This document shows, piece after piece, positions 47,586 through 59,654 of a stretch of 64,000 nt of DNA; position 1 is the first letter of the stretch; every line of letters starts with the position of its first letter. The notes below the pieces were generated by a model. That model made no database searches. It was not told where the DNA came from and was given only the letters and a program-made list of their open reading frames with translations. Where the stretch lies: contig NC_052158.1 of NCBI RefSeq assembly GCF_902713615.1, positions 52,918,823 to 52,982,822 on the forward strand. The letters are read 5' to 3'. The translations under genes were made by a program, and so were the position numbers. Origin of the DNA: Scyliorhinus canicula (taxonomy: Eukaryota).

Positions 47586-49635
47586 CATAAGAACATAAGA
47601 ACATAAGAACTAGGAGCAGGAGTAGGCCATCTGGCCCCTCGAGCCTGCTCCGCCGTTCAATTAGATCATGGCTGATCTTTTGTAGACTCAGCTCCACTTT
47701 CCGGCCCGAACACCATAACCCTTAATCACTTTATTCTTCAAAAAACTTCTATCTTTACCTTAAAAACATGTAATGAAGGAGCCTCAACTGCTTCACTGGG
47801 CAAGGAATTCCATAGACTCACAACCCTTTGGGTGAAGAAGTTCCTCCTAAACTCAGTCCTAAATCTACTTCCCCTTATTTTGAGGCTATGTCCCCTAGTT
47901 CTGCTGTCACCCGCCAGTGGAAACAACCTGCCCGCATCTATCCTCTCTATTCCCTTCATAATTTTAAATGTTTCTATAAGATCTCCCCTCATCCTTCTAA
48001 ATTCCAACGAGTACAGTCCCAGTCTACTCAACCTCTCCTCATAATCCAACCCCTTCAGGTCTGGGATTAACCTAGTGAATCTCCTCTGCACACCCTCCAG
48101 CGCCAGTATGTCCTTTCTCAAGTAAGGAGACCAAAACTGAACACAATACTCCAGGTGTGGCCGCACTAACACCTTATACAATTGCAACATAACCTCCCTA
48201 GTCTTAAACTCCATCCCTCTAGCAATGAAGGACAAAATTCCATTTGCCTTCTTAATCACCTGTTGCACCTCTAAACCAACTTTCTGTGACTCATGCACCA
48301 GCACACCCAGGTCTCTCTGCACAGTGGCATGCTTTAATATTTTATCGTTTAAATAATAATCCCGTTTGCTGTTATTCCTACCAAAATGGATAACCTCACA
48401 TTTGTCAACATTGTATTCCATCTGCCAGACCCTAGCCCATTCACAACCTATCCAAATCCCTCTGCAGACTTCCAGTATCCTCTGCACTTTTCGCTTTACC
48501 ACTCATCTTAGTGTCATCTGCAAACTTGGACACATTGCCCTTGGTCCCCAACTCCAAATCATCTATGTAAATTGTGAACAATTGTGGGCCCAACACGGAT
48601 CCCTGAGGGATACCACTAGCTACTGATTGCCAACCAGAGAAACACCCATTAATCCCCACTCTTTGCTTTCTATTAATTAACCAATCCTCTATCCATGCTA
48701 CTACTTTACCCTCAATGCCATGCATCTTTATCTTATGCAGCAACCTTTTGTGTGGAAACCTTTCTGGAAATCCAGTTATACCACATCCATTGGCTCCCCA
48801 TTATCTACTGCACTGGTAATGTCCTCAAAAAATTCCACTAAATTAGTTAGGCATAAACTGCCCTTTATGAACCCATGCTGCATCTCCCCAATGGGACAAT
48901 TTCTATCCAGATGCCTCGCTATTTCTTCCTTGATGATAGATTCCAGTATCTTCCCTACTACCGAAGTTAAGCTCACTGGCCTATAATTTCCTGCTTTCTG
49001 CCTACCTCCTTTTTTAAACAGTGGTGTCACGTTTGCTAACTTCCAATCCACCGGGACCACCCCAGAGTCTAGTGAATTTTGGTAAATTATGACTAGTGCA
49101 TCTGCAATTTCCCTAGCCATCTCTTTTAGCACTCTGGGATGTATTCCATCAGGGCCAGGAAACAATCGCGGATACATTCTATAAACTCCTCCTCAAGGTT
49201 GCCTTGACCGACCTGGTTAAACCAATCGACATGTAGATTAAAATCCCCCATGATAACTGCTGTACCATTTCTACATGCATCAGTTATTCCTTTGTTTATT
49301 GCCTGCCCCACCATAATGTTACTATTTGGTGGCCGATAGACTACTCCTATCAGTGACTTTTTCGCCTTACTCTTCCTGATTTCCACCCAAATGGTTTCAA
49401 CCTTATCCTCCATAGCACCAATGTCATCCCTTACTATTGCCCGGATGTCATCCTTAAATAGTTCCGAATAGTTTGATACCCTCGGATATTTAACTCCCAG
49501 TCGTGACCATCCTTTAACCATGTTTCAGTAATGGCCACTAAATCATAGTCATTCACGATGATTTGTGCCATCAACTCATTTACTTTATTCCGAATACTAC
49601 GGGCATTCAGGTAAAGTACACTTATGTTGGTTTTT
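47586..49635 (-). mobile_element. CR1 ORF2 remnant with internal deletions
   Basis: YLNARSIRNK, GDFN, PGPDG, PQGSVLGP, FADD, LVRPHLEYCV; (ATAAGAAC)n tail. Confidence 0.9.
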
Positions 49636-49639
49636 TTTT

Positions 49640-50263
49640 GGAGCTCAATTCTCACCCCCCACCACGCCGCGTGGGAGAATCGCGGGGGCGCCGGGTCAGT
49701 TCCGCCACGCCGCCCCGGCACTCGCATGCGATTTTCCCACCCCCCACAAACCGGCGCGCCGAGATTTACGGCTGGCTGCAGCCTGGATGGGCCTAGCGGT
49801 CTGCCCAATATGACGTGATCACGCCGGCGCCTATCACACCTGGTCGCTGACGGCGTAAACAGCGCGGGGACGCTGCAAGGGTGGCCTGTGGGGGAGAGGG
49901 GGGATCGAGCACCGGGGGGGCACTCAAAAGGGGACTGGCCCATGATTGGTGCCCACCAATCGGCGGGCCAGCCTCTCTGAGAGATCCAGTCCTTTCCTCC
50001 ACCGCTCCGCAAAATCACTCCGACATTTCTTGCCCGCGGGGAGGACGGCAACCACGCATGTGCGGGTTGGCGCCGGCCAACCTGCACATGCGCGGGTGAC
50101 GTCATTTACGTGGATTTATGCGGCGCCGCTTTAATGCGGCGCCAAGTCCCGCCCCCCCCCCCCCCCCCCCCCCCCCGAGGAGCGGCCTCCGACACCGGAA
50201 TGAAACACTCTGGTTTTCACTCTGGCGTCGGCACTTAGTCCCTCGTTGGGAGAATCCTGCCCC
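49640..50263. mobile_element. GC-rich MITE
   Basis: Right TIR GGAGAATCCTGCCCC, degenerate left TIR. Confidence 0.7.
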
Positions 50264-52311
50264 AGGAGTTTGCAGGCCCGAGCACCGAGCAGGGAATCTC
50301 TGTTGGTTCCTACAATTTCAAAATCCAGCTTTGCTTTTGAAGAACGATGGGACACCGCAAGCTGGCATGAGCCACTGGCAGCAATGGCATTGCCATTGTA
50401 GTCGAGGAGCTGGCAGGCCGGTGGAATAATGCTTGGCTTGACGCGGATGGTGTCAAGGTCAGACTTTGATATGAGGTTTGCTGAAGCGCCGGTGTCCAGC
50501 CTGAAGCGTATGCGAGCCTTGTTGACCGTAAGGGTGGCACACCACTCGTCCAGATCAATTATCATTATTGGGAGTTGTTTCACCATCGTTGCTGAAGGCA
50601 GCGTATGCTTGGTGATGATGCTGACCCGGAATGGTGATGTGAGGCCCTCAGTGTCGGGACCTGGTAGACTGTCGGGGTCAGAGTCTGTGACGGGTTGCGG
50701 TACTGACCGGACGCTCCTGCGCTGTGGCTGGAATTGCTGTGTGTTGGGCAGTGGAGCAGATCTACAAAGGGCTGCGTAGTGGCCAAGTTTGCCACACTAG
50801 AGACAGCGTCGAGATTTTGGGGGACATTGCCACTTTACATGGGCAGAGCCACAGTTGGAACATGTCATGGCGCCGCCGTCAGGACGTTCCGTGCGCCACC
50901 GCGCATGTGCAGTGCGGTCGAACGACGTGCGCACTTGCACGGTTTGGTCATCGGCGTTACCGTCCCCTCGGTCGTGGCGCGCATGCGCTGGAGCCTGGGA
51001 AAAGCACGCAAAATGGCCGCCCTCATCCAGACTTAGGCCCTGCATTTGTTTGATGGCCTGCACCTGTTCTGCCTCGTGTGGGGTTTGCCTTGCTGTTTCT
51101 GCCGCCTTGATATGGGAGTACCAGTTGTTGGCGTGCTCATGAAGGACACAGGTCTCGATGGCGATGGTGAGGGTGAGCTGCTTGACTTTTAGGAGCTGCT
51201 GGCGAAGGGGATCGGAGTGGACCCCGAAAATCTGATCCCGGATCATGGAATCAGAAGTGGAGCCATAGTTGCAGGACTGCGCGAGGATGCGGAGATGGGT
51301 TAAAAAGGACTGAAAAGGTTCATCCTTACCCTGAAGCCTCTGCTGGAACATATAGCATTCAAAGCTCTCATTGACCTCGATGCCACAGTGGCTGTCGAAC
51401 TTCAGCAGAACTGTTTGAAACTTCGTCTTGTCCTCGCCTTCGGCAAAGGTGAGGTAGTTGAAGATGTGGATAGCGTGGTCCCCGGCTGTAGAGAGGAAGA
51501 GAGCGATCTTCCTGGCATCCGATGCGGCCTCAAGGTCAGTTCCTTCAAGATATAGCTGGAACTTCTGCTTGAAAATCTTCCAGTTGGCACCGAGGTTGCC
51601 GGCGATGCGGAGCTGCGGAGGAGGGCGGACGCTGTCCATGTTACCGGATGGCTGATTGCTGGTCAAACGCAGCTTATCTCAAGGTAACTCGAGCATAACT
51701 CACTGGTACCATGATGTGTTGGGTAAGCTGGATCTACGAGGGCTGCGTTTACTGCAGCAGTGAGAGAGACAGGCTTCCAACACTTGAAGAAATGCAACTC
51801 GATTTTATTGAACACTTAACTATCATGCATGCTTTAACTGTGGGTTGATACTATGCTGACTTGACTGGAGACCTGAGGCTAACCTGACCAGACTATCTTA
51901 CTACCACATGGTGTATGTTCTAGTTGCTGCTCACGAGCTCTGACTATCTCAGAGGCTGGGGATCCCAAGAGAGCGGGAAAACTAGTGCCCTCTGGCTTTA
52001 TAGTGGTCGTGTCCTGTCTGGTGATTGGCTGCTGTGTTCTGTGTGTTCATTGGTCATCCTGTGTGTCAATCACTGCCTGTCTGCACTCCATCATATACCT
52101 GGATGCATATTATGACACTGCCTTCTTGAACTGCTGCAGTCTATGTGTAGGTACACCCACTGGGCAGTTAGGAAGAGAGTTCTTGGATTTTGACCCTGTG
52201 ACTCTGAATGAACTGCGATATATTTTCAAGTCCGGACAGTGAGTGACTTGGGAGGGAATCTCCAGGTGGTGGCATTCCCATGAATCTAGGCCCTTGTCCT
52301 TCTAGATAGTT

Positions 52312-52391
52312 GAGTAAGAAGTCTTTCAACACCAGGTTAAAGTCCAACAGGTAAATCACCTGAAGAAGGAGCTGTGCTCCGAAAGCTAGTT
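52312..52391. mobile_element. Penelope-type remnant with a minimal hammerhead motif
   Basis: AGTAAGAAGTC..CACCAGGTTAAAGTCCAACAGG followed by inverted CAC-CTGAAGA-AGGAGC-TGT-GCTCC-GAAA-GC-TA-GT (52357-52391). Confidence 0.8.
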
Positions 52392-52416
52392 AGTCGACAC
52401 AAAATTTCGGTACCAA

Positions 52417-52905
52417 ATGACAATCCCTGATCCTTTCACCAGTCTGGGCTCAATAAAATCTGAATGGAAAGATAGATCAAGGGCGGTGATTAATGGCCCT
52501 CAGTTTAAAATGATTCATAGTGAGCATGAGGAAACAGCATGTCGGGGGTGTGGGGCATTCTGTAGCCCGATTGTTTGGATTGGTAATAGCCATATGAAAC
52601 CCAGGAGACTGTCAGATACTGGGTATTCGGGAGAATTGATAATGCATTTGCAAAGACAGCGATGGGATGCTGCAGCCCCCAGGGAGATTTGGGGCATTCA
52701 GTTTTGCCATGATTGTTTTGTGCAATATCAGGCAACTTTAATGATTGGGGTTTGTGACCACAGGGTGGATTTTGAATCCAAGAAGTGTCAGTGTAAGTGG
52801 GATGGTAGATTAATGACAACGTGCAATTACTGCATGGATAATTTGGCCAACAACAATGTGACTCTAAAAGGCTATGCAAGCTTGTGGACAAGGACAGACT
52901 TGTAG
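52417..52905 (+). CDS. Cys-rich ORF of unknown function inside the ERV
   Basis: 162-codon ORF with CRGC, CHDC, CQC and CNYC; the first ATG lies in the inverted U5 piece, so the real start is probably later. Confidence 0.4.
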   Translation: MTIPDPFTSLGSIKSEWKDRSRAVINGPQFKMIHSEHEETACRGCGAFCSPIVWIGNSHMKPRRLSDTGYSGELIMHLQRQRWDAAAPREIWGIQFCHDCFVQYQATLMIGVCDHRVDFESKKCQCKWDGRLMTTCNYCMDNLANNNVTLKGYASLWTRTDL

Positions 52906-54829
52906 TATCGATTCGTGAGGAAGTACGTGGTTTATGCTGTTGGGATGACCTGGGGTTGTAAAATTAGCCTAACAGTGTTAGAGACTGTATCACTGCAATG
53001 ATGCTGTGCCATAGGATAGATCATATCCCCAACTCATTCAGACAAGGGAAAAATGAATGTTTGGGTGTGGGTGGCTGGATGCCAGTGAACTGAAACCTGT
53101 TAGCAGCATCAATAGGACAGATGATACAGTGAAAATATTATGTCCGGAACTTATCCTGTCGCAATCAGAATTAAAAACATTGAAGTAGATGCAGTAGCAA
53201 TATCTAAAATGTATCAGGGGCAGTTTCGACCTGATTGAATCACTGAGTTAGAAAAAGAGGAATGGTGGCAATGGAAATCCGGAAGTCGTGGAGATGGTAC
53301 TTCTGGAATATCCAAGCAAGGATAGGAAGATACAAATCAAGGAGTAGGGCCCTCTCCGCCTTTGACCTGTTCATTTGGGTTTCAGATGAAGCAACAATAA
53401 TACAGATGAAGAACCTGAACAACATTCCGGAGAAGAATGTTTCAGACAGTATGGGGGGAAAACTAATGATAAAATTGGCCACATATTTGAGGGAATTAAA
53501 TGATAGAGCCCGGAAGAAAAACCTTATGGGTTAGCAACAAATCAAAATATCAAATTATTACTGAATAGTGAAACCTCTGGTCAGACATCTCTAACTGGAT
53601 GTTAGCTGATGGGTGATCTGTGGTCTCCAGGAGGGGTGTATTACGTGGTGGAGTTATTAAGGGTCTCGGCAGACAGCCGCGACTGACGAGGAACCCCTGT
53701 ATTTTAAATGACAATAGTTTAAGAATCTTGGCAGCTTGCTGCTACAAAGTGAAATTGTAACCAATGCAGCAACCAATATGGCATTGGAGAGCATAACAGT
53801 TATTACAGATGAAATGACCTGTAAGTTGTTAGGGACTGTTATGTATGGATTCAATTGGGTTGTAACCACAAAGAGTTAACTGTATTAAGTGTGCGAGTGG
53901 TGTTATTAAAAAAAACAAACGTATAATGGCAAGTATACACTTTATGCTGTAAGGAAAATGATAATGACAAAAGGGGTTTGAAGAAAACTGAGCTATTGTC
54001 TCAAGTAAGCCAGGGCCGGCAAGCTACATGGTTCAGTACACTGTTCGACGTTAGTGTAAGGAAGTCAGGAATAGAAACAGAATCGGTTGAAGCTCCTGCA
54101 TTAATAAAGCAAGATAATCAGTGGATGATACATGATATCATAATTTACCATTCCCATGAGAAACGGAAAACAGTTCCTACCTTAAAAAAATCCCAGTGAG
54201 GGATAAAGACCTTTTGGTGGCTGATGGACTGAGTTGTGTGCTGTTTCTAAGGGACATGAGGAAGCTTTTTACGGTACTGCTACCCCGAGGTAGTCAGATG
54301 CCTTGGAGGTATTGGAACAACCGGAATGGCTATTGTGTTACCTTCCTGAGTGGCGACAGCTATGGTTCACGGTGATTGGACTTGAGGAAAGCACAACACA
54401 AAGGGTCTATCGACACTGGTCTGCGAGATGGATGCATTTACCATTGATTTCCGTGCAGTTTACAAATCATGGCATGTACATACGAATGACAAGGCTGAGG
54501 GATAGTTGCTAGTCAGTACAATTATACGAAGGATAAATCCTAAGGGCAACACGGTAGCATTGAGGATGGCTATCTATCTAGTCGGATTCAGCTCAGAGTT
54601 ATCTCTCATAGCTCGGTCATGGGGTTTTACCTGATGCATGGATTGATAATACTTGTTATTATAATTGTATACTGTATAATCATTGGATGCCTTAATATGT
54701 GTTGTACGCTGGCTATGGCTCGGATGATGCCGATAGGCTTGGCCCATCATTATTCACCAAAGATGACATCCCGTTACTGGTGACCATCACACCAGACAGA
54801 AGCTGGACGAAGAGGCAGAGTCTGTAAAA

Positions 54830-55470
54830 ATGTGATGAGATGTTTATGTACGGAATACCGGCTCAGTAAAAATTCTGATAACGGGCCTCATTTTATTGGA
54901 CAGATTAACAAGGAGCTCCCAGTTGGGCATACGCCAGCAGTTACACTGTGCGTACAGACCGCAGGTGGCTGGGTTGCTTGAGAGACACAATCAGACCCTC
55001 AAAACTAAATTGGCTAAATTAAGAGCGGACACGGGACTGACATGGCTTAAGTTGCTCCCCGTTGCCCTCTTCCAGCTGTGGGTCACACCTGCAGGATCGG
55101 CCTGGCTCTCTCCTGCCGCGATCTTTTACGGCAGGCCCATTAGAACACCCTGGAACCTGCCTGTTCCCAGACTGGTCCAGTTTCACCATATGTCTAAAGA
55201 AAGGACTAACTATGTTCTAGCCATCACTAACGCCCTCAAGGAGCTCCATGGCCAGGTCTGCACAGCTCACCTGTCACTGTCCCCATTACATAGCTCACTT
55301 TCAGTGCAGCCTGGTAGCTATGTCATGGTTAAGAACTGGATTCGGAAGGGGTTGGAGCCATGGTGAACGGAGCCCTTCCAAGTTCTCCTTACCACCCGCA
55401 CTTCAGTTAAAGTGGAGGGGCGGAGTGCTTGCGTCCATCTCCACCACTGCACAATGGTCGGTCACTAACC
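54830..55470 (+). pseudogene. pol: ERV integrase, catalytic and C-terminal half
   Basis: YGIP..SDNGPHFIGQ, AYRPQVAGLLERHNQTLK, LSPAAIFYGRP, QPGSYVMVK, PFQVLLTT (several frameshifts). Confidence 0.88.
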
Positions 55471-55508
55471 TGCCTCCTTTCGCCAGCGCTGTTTTACAGG
55501 TGTGGAGC

Positions 55509-56921
55509 ATGACGGATTGGATACGGGCCGCCTGTGCTGTCCTCAGCTTCGCCTCACTTGGAACACCATCTATACCTGTAATCCCGACCAAACTACAAGG
55601 ACATTTCACTTATGCAGAGGTGACGTTCTCCGATGCCCCCATGTACGAGGGCACAGTATCGACTCATGGAAGGTTATCAAGTTAAAGGACAATGAAGGGT
55701 TCATGAAACACTTATATCGGTCCCGGCGTTGGGACGGGAACATTGCATGGACATTGCCTTGTTTTGGAGTAAATGTACATTTGCTTTTGGATGTAATAAG
55801 ACTGGTGCCATAAAGGTAAAATCAGGCCGTGTTTGGGGGGGGGGGGTGCGTAGGAAAAGGTTGTAGGGGAGAGAGGAGGAATAGCAAGGGGACGGAACGA
55901 GTAAGAAGGGAGGCACAACGAGAACACAGGTTATCAGGAGGTATACTTCACTTAGGACCCAGAACGAAGGGAACCTGGGCAGCATGAATCTCTTCTACCA
56001 AATCCACCACCACATGTATGGCCAGGGACCGGTTGCCTGCTACCCAAACCCCGCATTGGTATCTAGGTTATTCTCTGTCTCACCACTTTGGGGAACTCCC
56101 CGAAACAGTGGCTCACTGTCAGAGTTCCGAGCCATCGCCCGAGCAAGTTACTCCTTATGATCCGGGTTCGGCCCTACCAGCTATTTGCCTTCCCCTCCCT
56201 CAGGATAATTCCCACTCACAGTATGATAGGCTGCAACGGTGCAGGGCGTATATACCAAGCCACTTCACTCCCAATAGAGACTCCCGGTCGTACGAGAATT
56301 GTTTCAGCAGTGAGGGGTACGGCTGTTTGCTGGTAGAGATGACAATGAATATAACATGTCTGTTCTCCACTTGTAATGATCCAAAGTGCCGCATAACCCT
56401 GATATCCGGTCAATGCGTCTGTTACAACGCCACTTTTGTCCCGCTGAACACAGGCCACCAGCTCCTTTGTGGCTGGGCGAATGTCTCTCATATCACTGTG
56501 GGAACTAGGGCTTTCCGTATTGCTAGGAGGCCCGAATGGGCGTTCCGAAGCTGGATGAACTGGGCTACTGGAGAATCCCTACTCCACCAGTACACAGAGC
56601 GAGGTGACTATTTTTAGTGGCACAGCGATCAATGTTTTGTCACCCCCATTTCCCCGCCGAATTGCTATTGGGAGTCTAGTCCCTACCACGGTCTCCTGCC
56701 CCTCTGCGTGGATACTGCACCACCAGTTGGCATGCTGGGCATGTTCAGTTATTTGTGGCCTTACCATCCTGGGCAACAAAACCTTGGGGGCCCTCGGGGT
56801 AATAACCAAGGAATTATCTCAACTGCAGTTGTTTGCCATGCAGAACCGGTATGCTCTTGACTATCTCACCTGCATCTTTATGGGCCTGGCCATCCTTAAA
56901 TGCGTGATGGGTAAAATGTAG
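55509..56921 (+). pseudogene. env: ERV envelope, frameshifted and partly deleted
   Basis: Signal-like MTDWIRAACAVLSFASLG, Cys-rich SU fragments, heptad NKTLGALGVITKELSQL and immunosuppressive-domain-like MQNRYALDYL; no CX6CC after the ISD. Confidence 0.82.
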
Positions 56922-58482
56922 GGTGCGCTGGAACAGATAGCCGCCCCTACTGTCTTGGCTGTTAGGGTCCACGAGGGTGCAGCGGATGATGGGGTGCTGC
57001 AATAGGATTTAGAAATGCAGCAATGAGTTTTCTTAGCTGAGGGGCCATAGCTACAGCTTGGACCCGATGGGTTATCATGAAATGATAAAAGGAGGGAATG
57101 AGGAAGTGAACAAACGAATATGATGGACAGTAGGACCCTGAGGGTAATGAGTTCACAGACAGAGAACAAAGGGATGAGCACAGCATGGCTAGGAAGGGGG
57201 AGGGGAGCTTTGCCTCGTGGAGAGAATGGTGAAAAGGATGCTGGGTAACAAGAGGCCCAGGATTGGGAAATGTGAAGTGAGCCAATCAGGATATATGGCC
57301 AGGTGAGAAGGTGTACAGAATGACCAATGGGAAGCTTGTATGCGAATCTTGATGTGATTCAATCAACATCTGCTGTGATTTCTTTGTTCTCTCCCTCATT
57401 AACTCTTGGGAGCTCCAGAAGACAGCTGCGTGTTCTAAGGTCCCACGAGTGAGTCAGCCTTGCAAGCTGGTGGAAATAAAACAATAATTGATACCTGCAG
57501 ATCCGTCTCAGATTTTATTGAGCCCAGACTGGTGAAAAGGATCAGGGATTGTCACGCACAAATTCCCTCATTTGTCTTTGAGTGGGCCAATCCATTCTCT
57601 CGTTACCCTCTTGTTCCTTTTATACGAATAAAAGGCTTTGGAATTTTCCTTAACCCTGTTAGCCAAAGATATTTCATGACCCCTTTTAGCCCTCTTTATT
57701 GCACGTTTGAGATTTGTACTACTTTCCCGATATTCCTCCAAAGATTCATCAGTATTAAGTCACCTAGATTTTATCTATGCTTCCTTTTTAATCTTAGCTA
57801 GTGTCACAATTCCACCCGTCATCTATGGTTCCCTCATCTTGCCATTTCTATCCTTCATTTTCACAGGGACATATCTGTCCTGCACTCTAATCAACCTTTC
57901 CTTAAGACTCCCACATTTCAAATGTGGATTTATCCTTGAACAACTGCTCCCAATCCACATTCCTGAGCTCCTGCCGAATTTTGTTATACTCTGCCTTTCC
58001 CCAATTTCGCACACTTCCTTTAGGACCACTCTCGTCTTTGTCCATGAGTATTCTAAAACTTATGGAATTGTGATCGCTATTCCCAAAGTAATCACCGACT
58101 GAAACTTCAACCACCTGGCCAGGATCATTCCCCAATACCAGGTCCAGTATGGCCCCTTCCCGAGTTGGACTATTTACATACAGCTCTAAAAAATTCGCCT
58201 GGATGCTACTTACAAACTCTGCTCCATCTACGCCTCCAACACTACATGAGTCCCATTCAATGTTGGGGAAGTTAAAATCTCCCATCACAACCACCCTATT
58301 GCTCCTACATTTTTCTATAATCTGTCTACATATTTGTACCTCTACTTCACGTTCGCTTTTGGGAGGCCTGTCGTAAAGTCCCAACAATGTTACTGCACCC
58401 TTCCTATTTCTTATCGCTAACCATATTGCCTCAGTAAGAAGTCTTACAACACCAGGTTAAAGACCAACAGGTTTGTTTCAAA

Positions 58483-58517
58483 CACGAGCTTTCGGAGCAC
58501 TGCTCCTTCGTCAGGTG
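58483..58517 (-). ncRNA. Minimal type I hammerhead ribozyme motif
   Basis: CAC-CUGACGA-AGGAGC-AGU-GCUCC-GAAA-GC-UC-GUG. Confidence 0.8.
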
Positions 58518-58752
58518 AATGGAGAGGTATGTTCTAGAAACATTTATATAGACAAAGTCAGAGATGCCGGACAATGCTTGAAATGCGAGCATTTGCAGGT
58601 AATAAAATCATTACAGATCCAGAGAGAGGGATAATGGGATAATCACAGGTTAAAGATCTAAGATTGATTACCTGCAAATGCTCGCATTCCAAGCATTGTC
58701 CGGCATCTCTGACTTTGTCTATATAAATGTTACTGGAACATACCTCTCCATT

Positions 58753-58787
58753 CACCTGATGAAGGAGCAGTGCTCCGAAAGCTCGTG
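58753..58787 (+). ncRNA. Minimal type I hammerhead ribozyme motif
   Basis: CAC-CUGAUGA-AGGAGC-AGU-GCUCC-GAAA-GC-UC-GUG; palindromic AGCU helix III. Confidence 0.82.
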
Positions 58788-59654
58788 TTTGAAACAAACC
58801 TGTTGGACTTTAACCCGATGTTGTAAGACTTCTTACTGTGCTCACCCCAGTCCAAACCCGGCATCTCCACATCATATTGCCTCAGTGCTCGAATCCTCCA
58901 TAGTGCCCTCCTTCAGCACAGCTGTGATATCCTCTCTGACCAGTAATGCAACTCCTCCACCCCTTCTACCTCCCTCTCTATCCCTCCTGAAGCATCTATA
59001 CCCTGGCATATTTAGTTGCCAATCTTGTCCTTCTCTAAACCAAGTCTCAGTAATACCAATAACATCATTAGCCCCAAGTTCATCTGCCTTACCTGCTACA
59101 CTTCTCGCATTAAAACAAATGCACCTCAGACAACCTGTCCCTTTGCGTTCATCATCTCTTCCCTGTCTACTCTTCTCCTTAGTCACAATGAGTTTATGAT
59201 CTCGTACCTTACTGGCTTTCGTTGCTGCCTCTTTACTGACCTCTAACTTCCTTATCTGGTTCCCATCCACCTGCCACATTATTTTAAAACCTCCCCAACA
59301 GTGTTAACAAAAGCTCCCTCTGGGACATTGGTTCCAGTCCCGCCCAGGTGTAGACCATCCAATTTGTAATGGTACCACCCCCCAGAACCGGTTCCAATGT
59401 CCCAAAAATCTGAACCCCTCCCTCCTGCATCATCTCTCAAGCCACCTATTCATTTTGACTATTAGGAGGATTGCATGGATGAGATCCAGTTTCGATTCAT
59501 GTCTGGATTACCTGGACAAATTGATCAGAATGGCCAGTCAGACTGAGCTGCCTCTTTCGCCATCCAATCAGAACCAGAGTTATCCTCTTGCTGGAACCCT
59601 TCTGTTCCGGCATCAACTTTATCATTTCCAATGAAACAGTTTTCCTCTACATTT

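Larger units (their letters stand above)
45517..52117 (-). mobile_element. pol: Gypsy family A copy (45517-47585 and 50264-52117) interrupted by a SINE, CR1 and MITE
   Basis: 5' LTR 51715-52117, PBS-like TGGTACCAG, gag ORF 50797-51666, protease LDTGA (50131-50586), RT and RNase H pieces 45771-47576. Confidence 0.92.
52391..57554 (+). mobile_element. Rearranged class I-like endogenous retrovirus
   Basis: PPT AAAAGGAGGGAA then 3' LTR 57099-57554 (TG..CA, AATAAA); integrase C-half; env; inverted U5+PBS piece at 52391-52463; no gag, protease or RT recognised. Confidence 0.85.
58436..58872. mobile_element. Penelope-type insertion with 5' inversion (~170-bp inverted arms)
   Basis: 14-bp TSD CATATTGCCTCAGT (58422-58435, 58873-58886); arms 58432-58602 and 58667-58838 differ at about 7 positions. 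Confidence 0.88.
57555..59460 (-). mobile_element. CR1 ORF1-end/ORF2-start remnant
   Basis: CFNARSVAGKADEL, VVMGDFNFPNIEWD, LDLVLGN..SDHN. Confidence 0.88.

Noticed and set aside
52418-57554. DNA transposon or Polinton suggested by terminal inverted repeats
   Set aside because: The left repeat continues into a PBS-like sequence and the right is the end of a PPT-preceded LTR; no transposase or DNA polymerase seen.
59540-59600. Second Y box (CTGATTGG on the minus strand)
   Set aside because: The X-like motif is only about 10 nt away rather than 19-20, and no leader exon follows.
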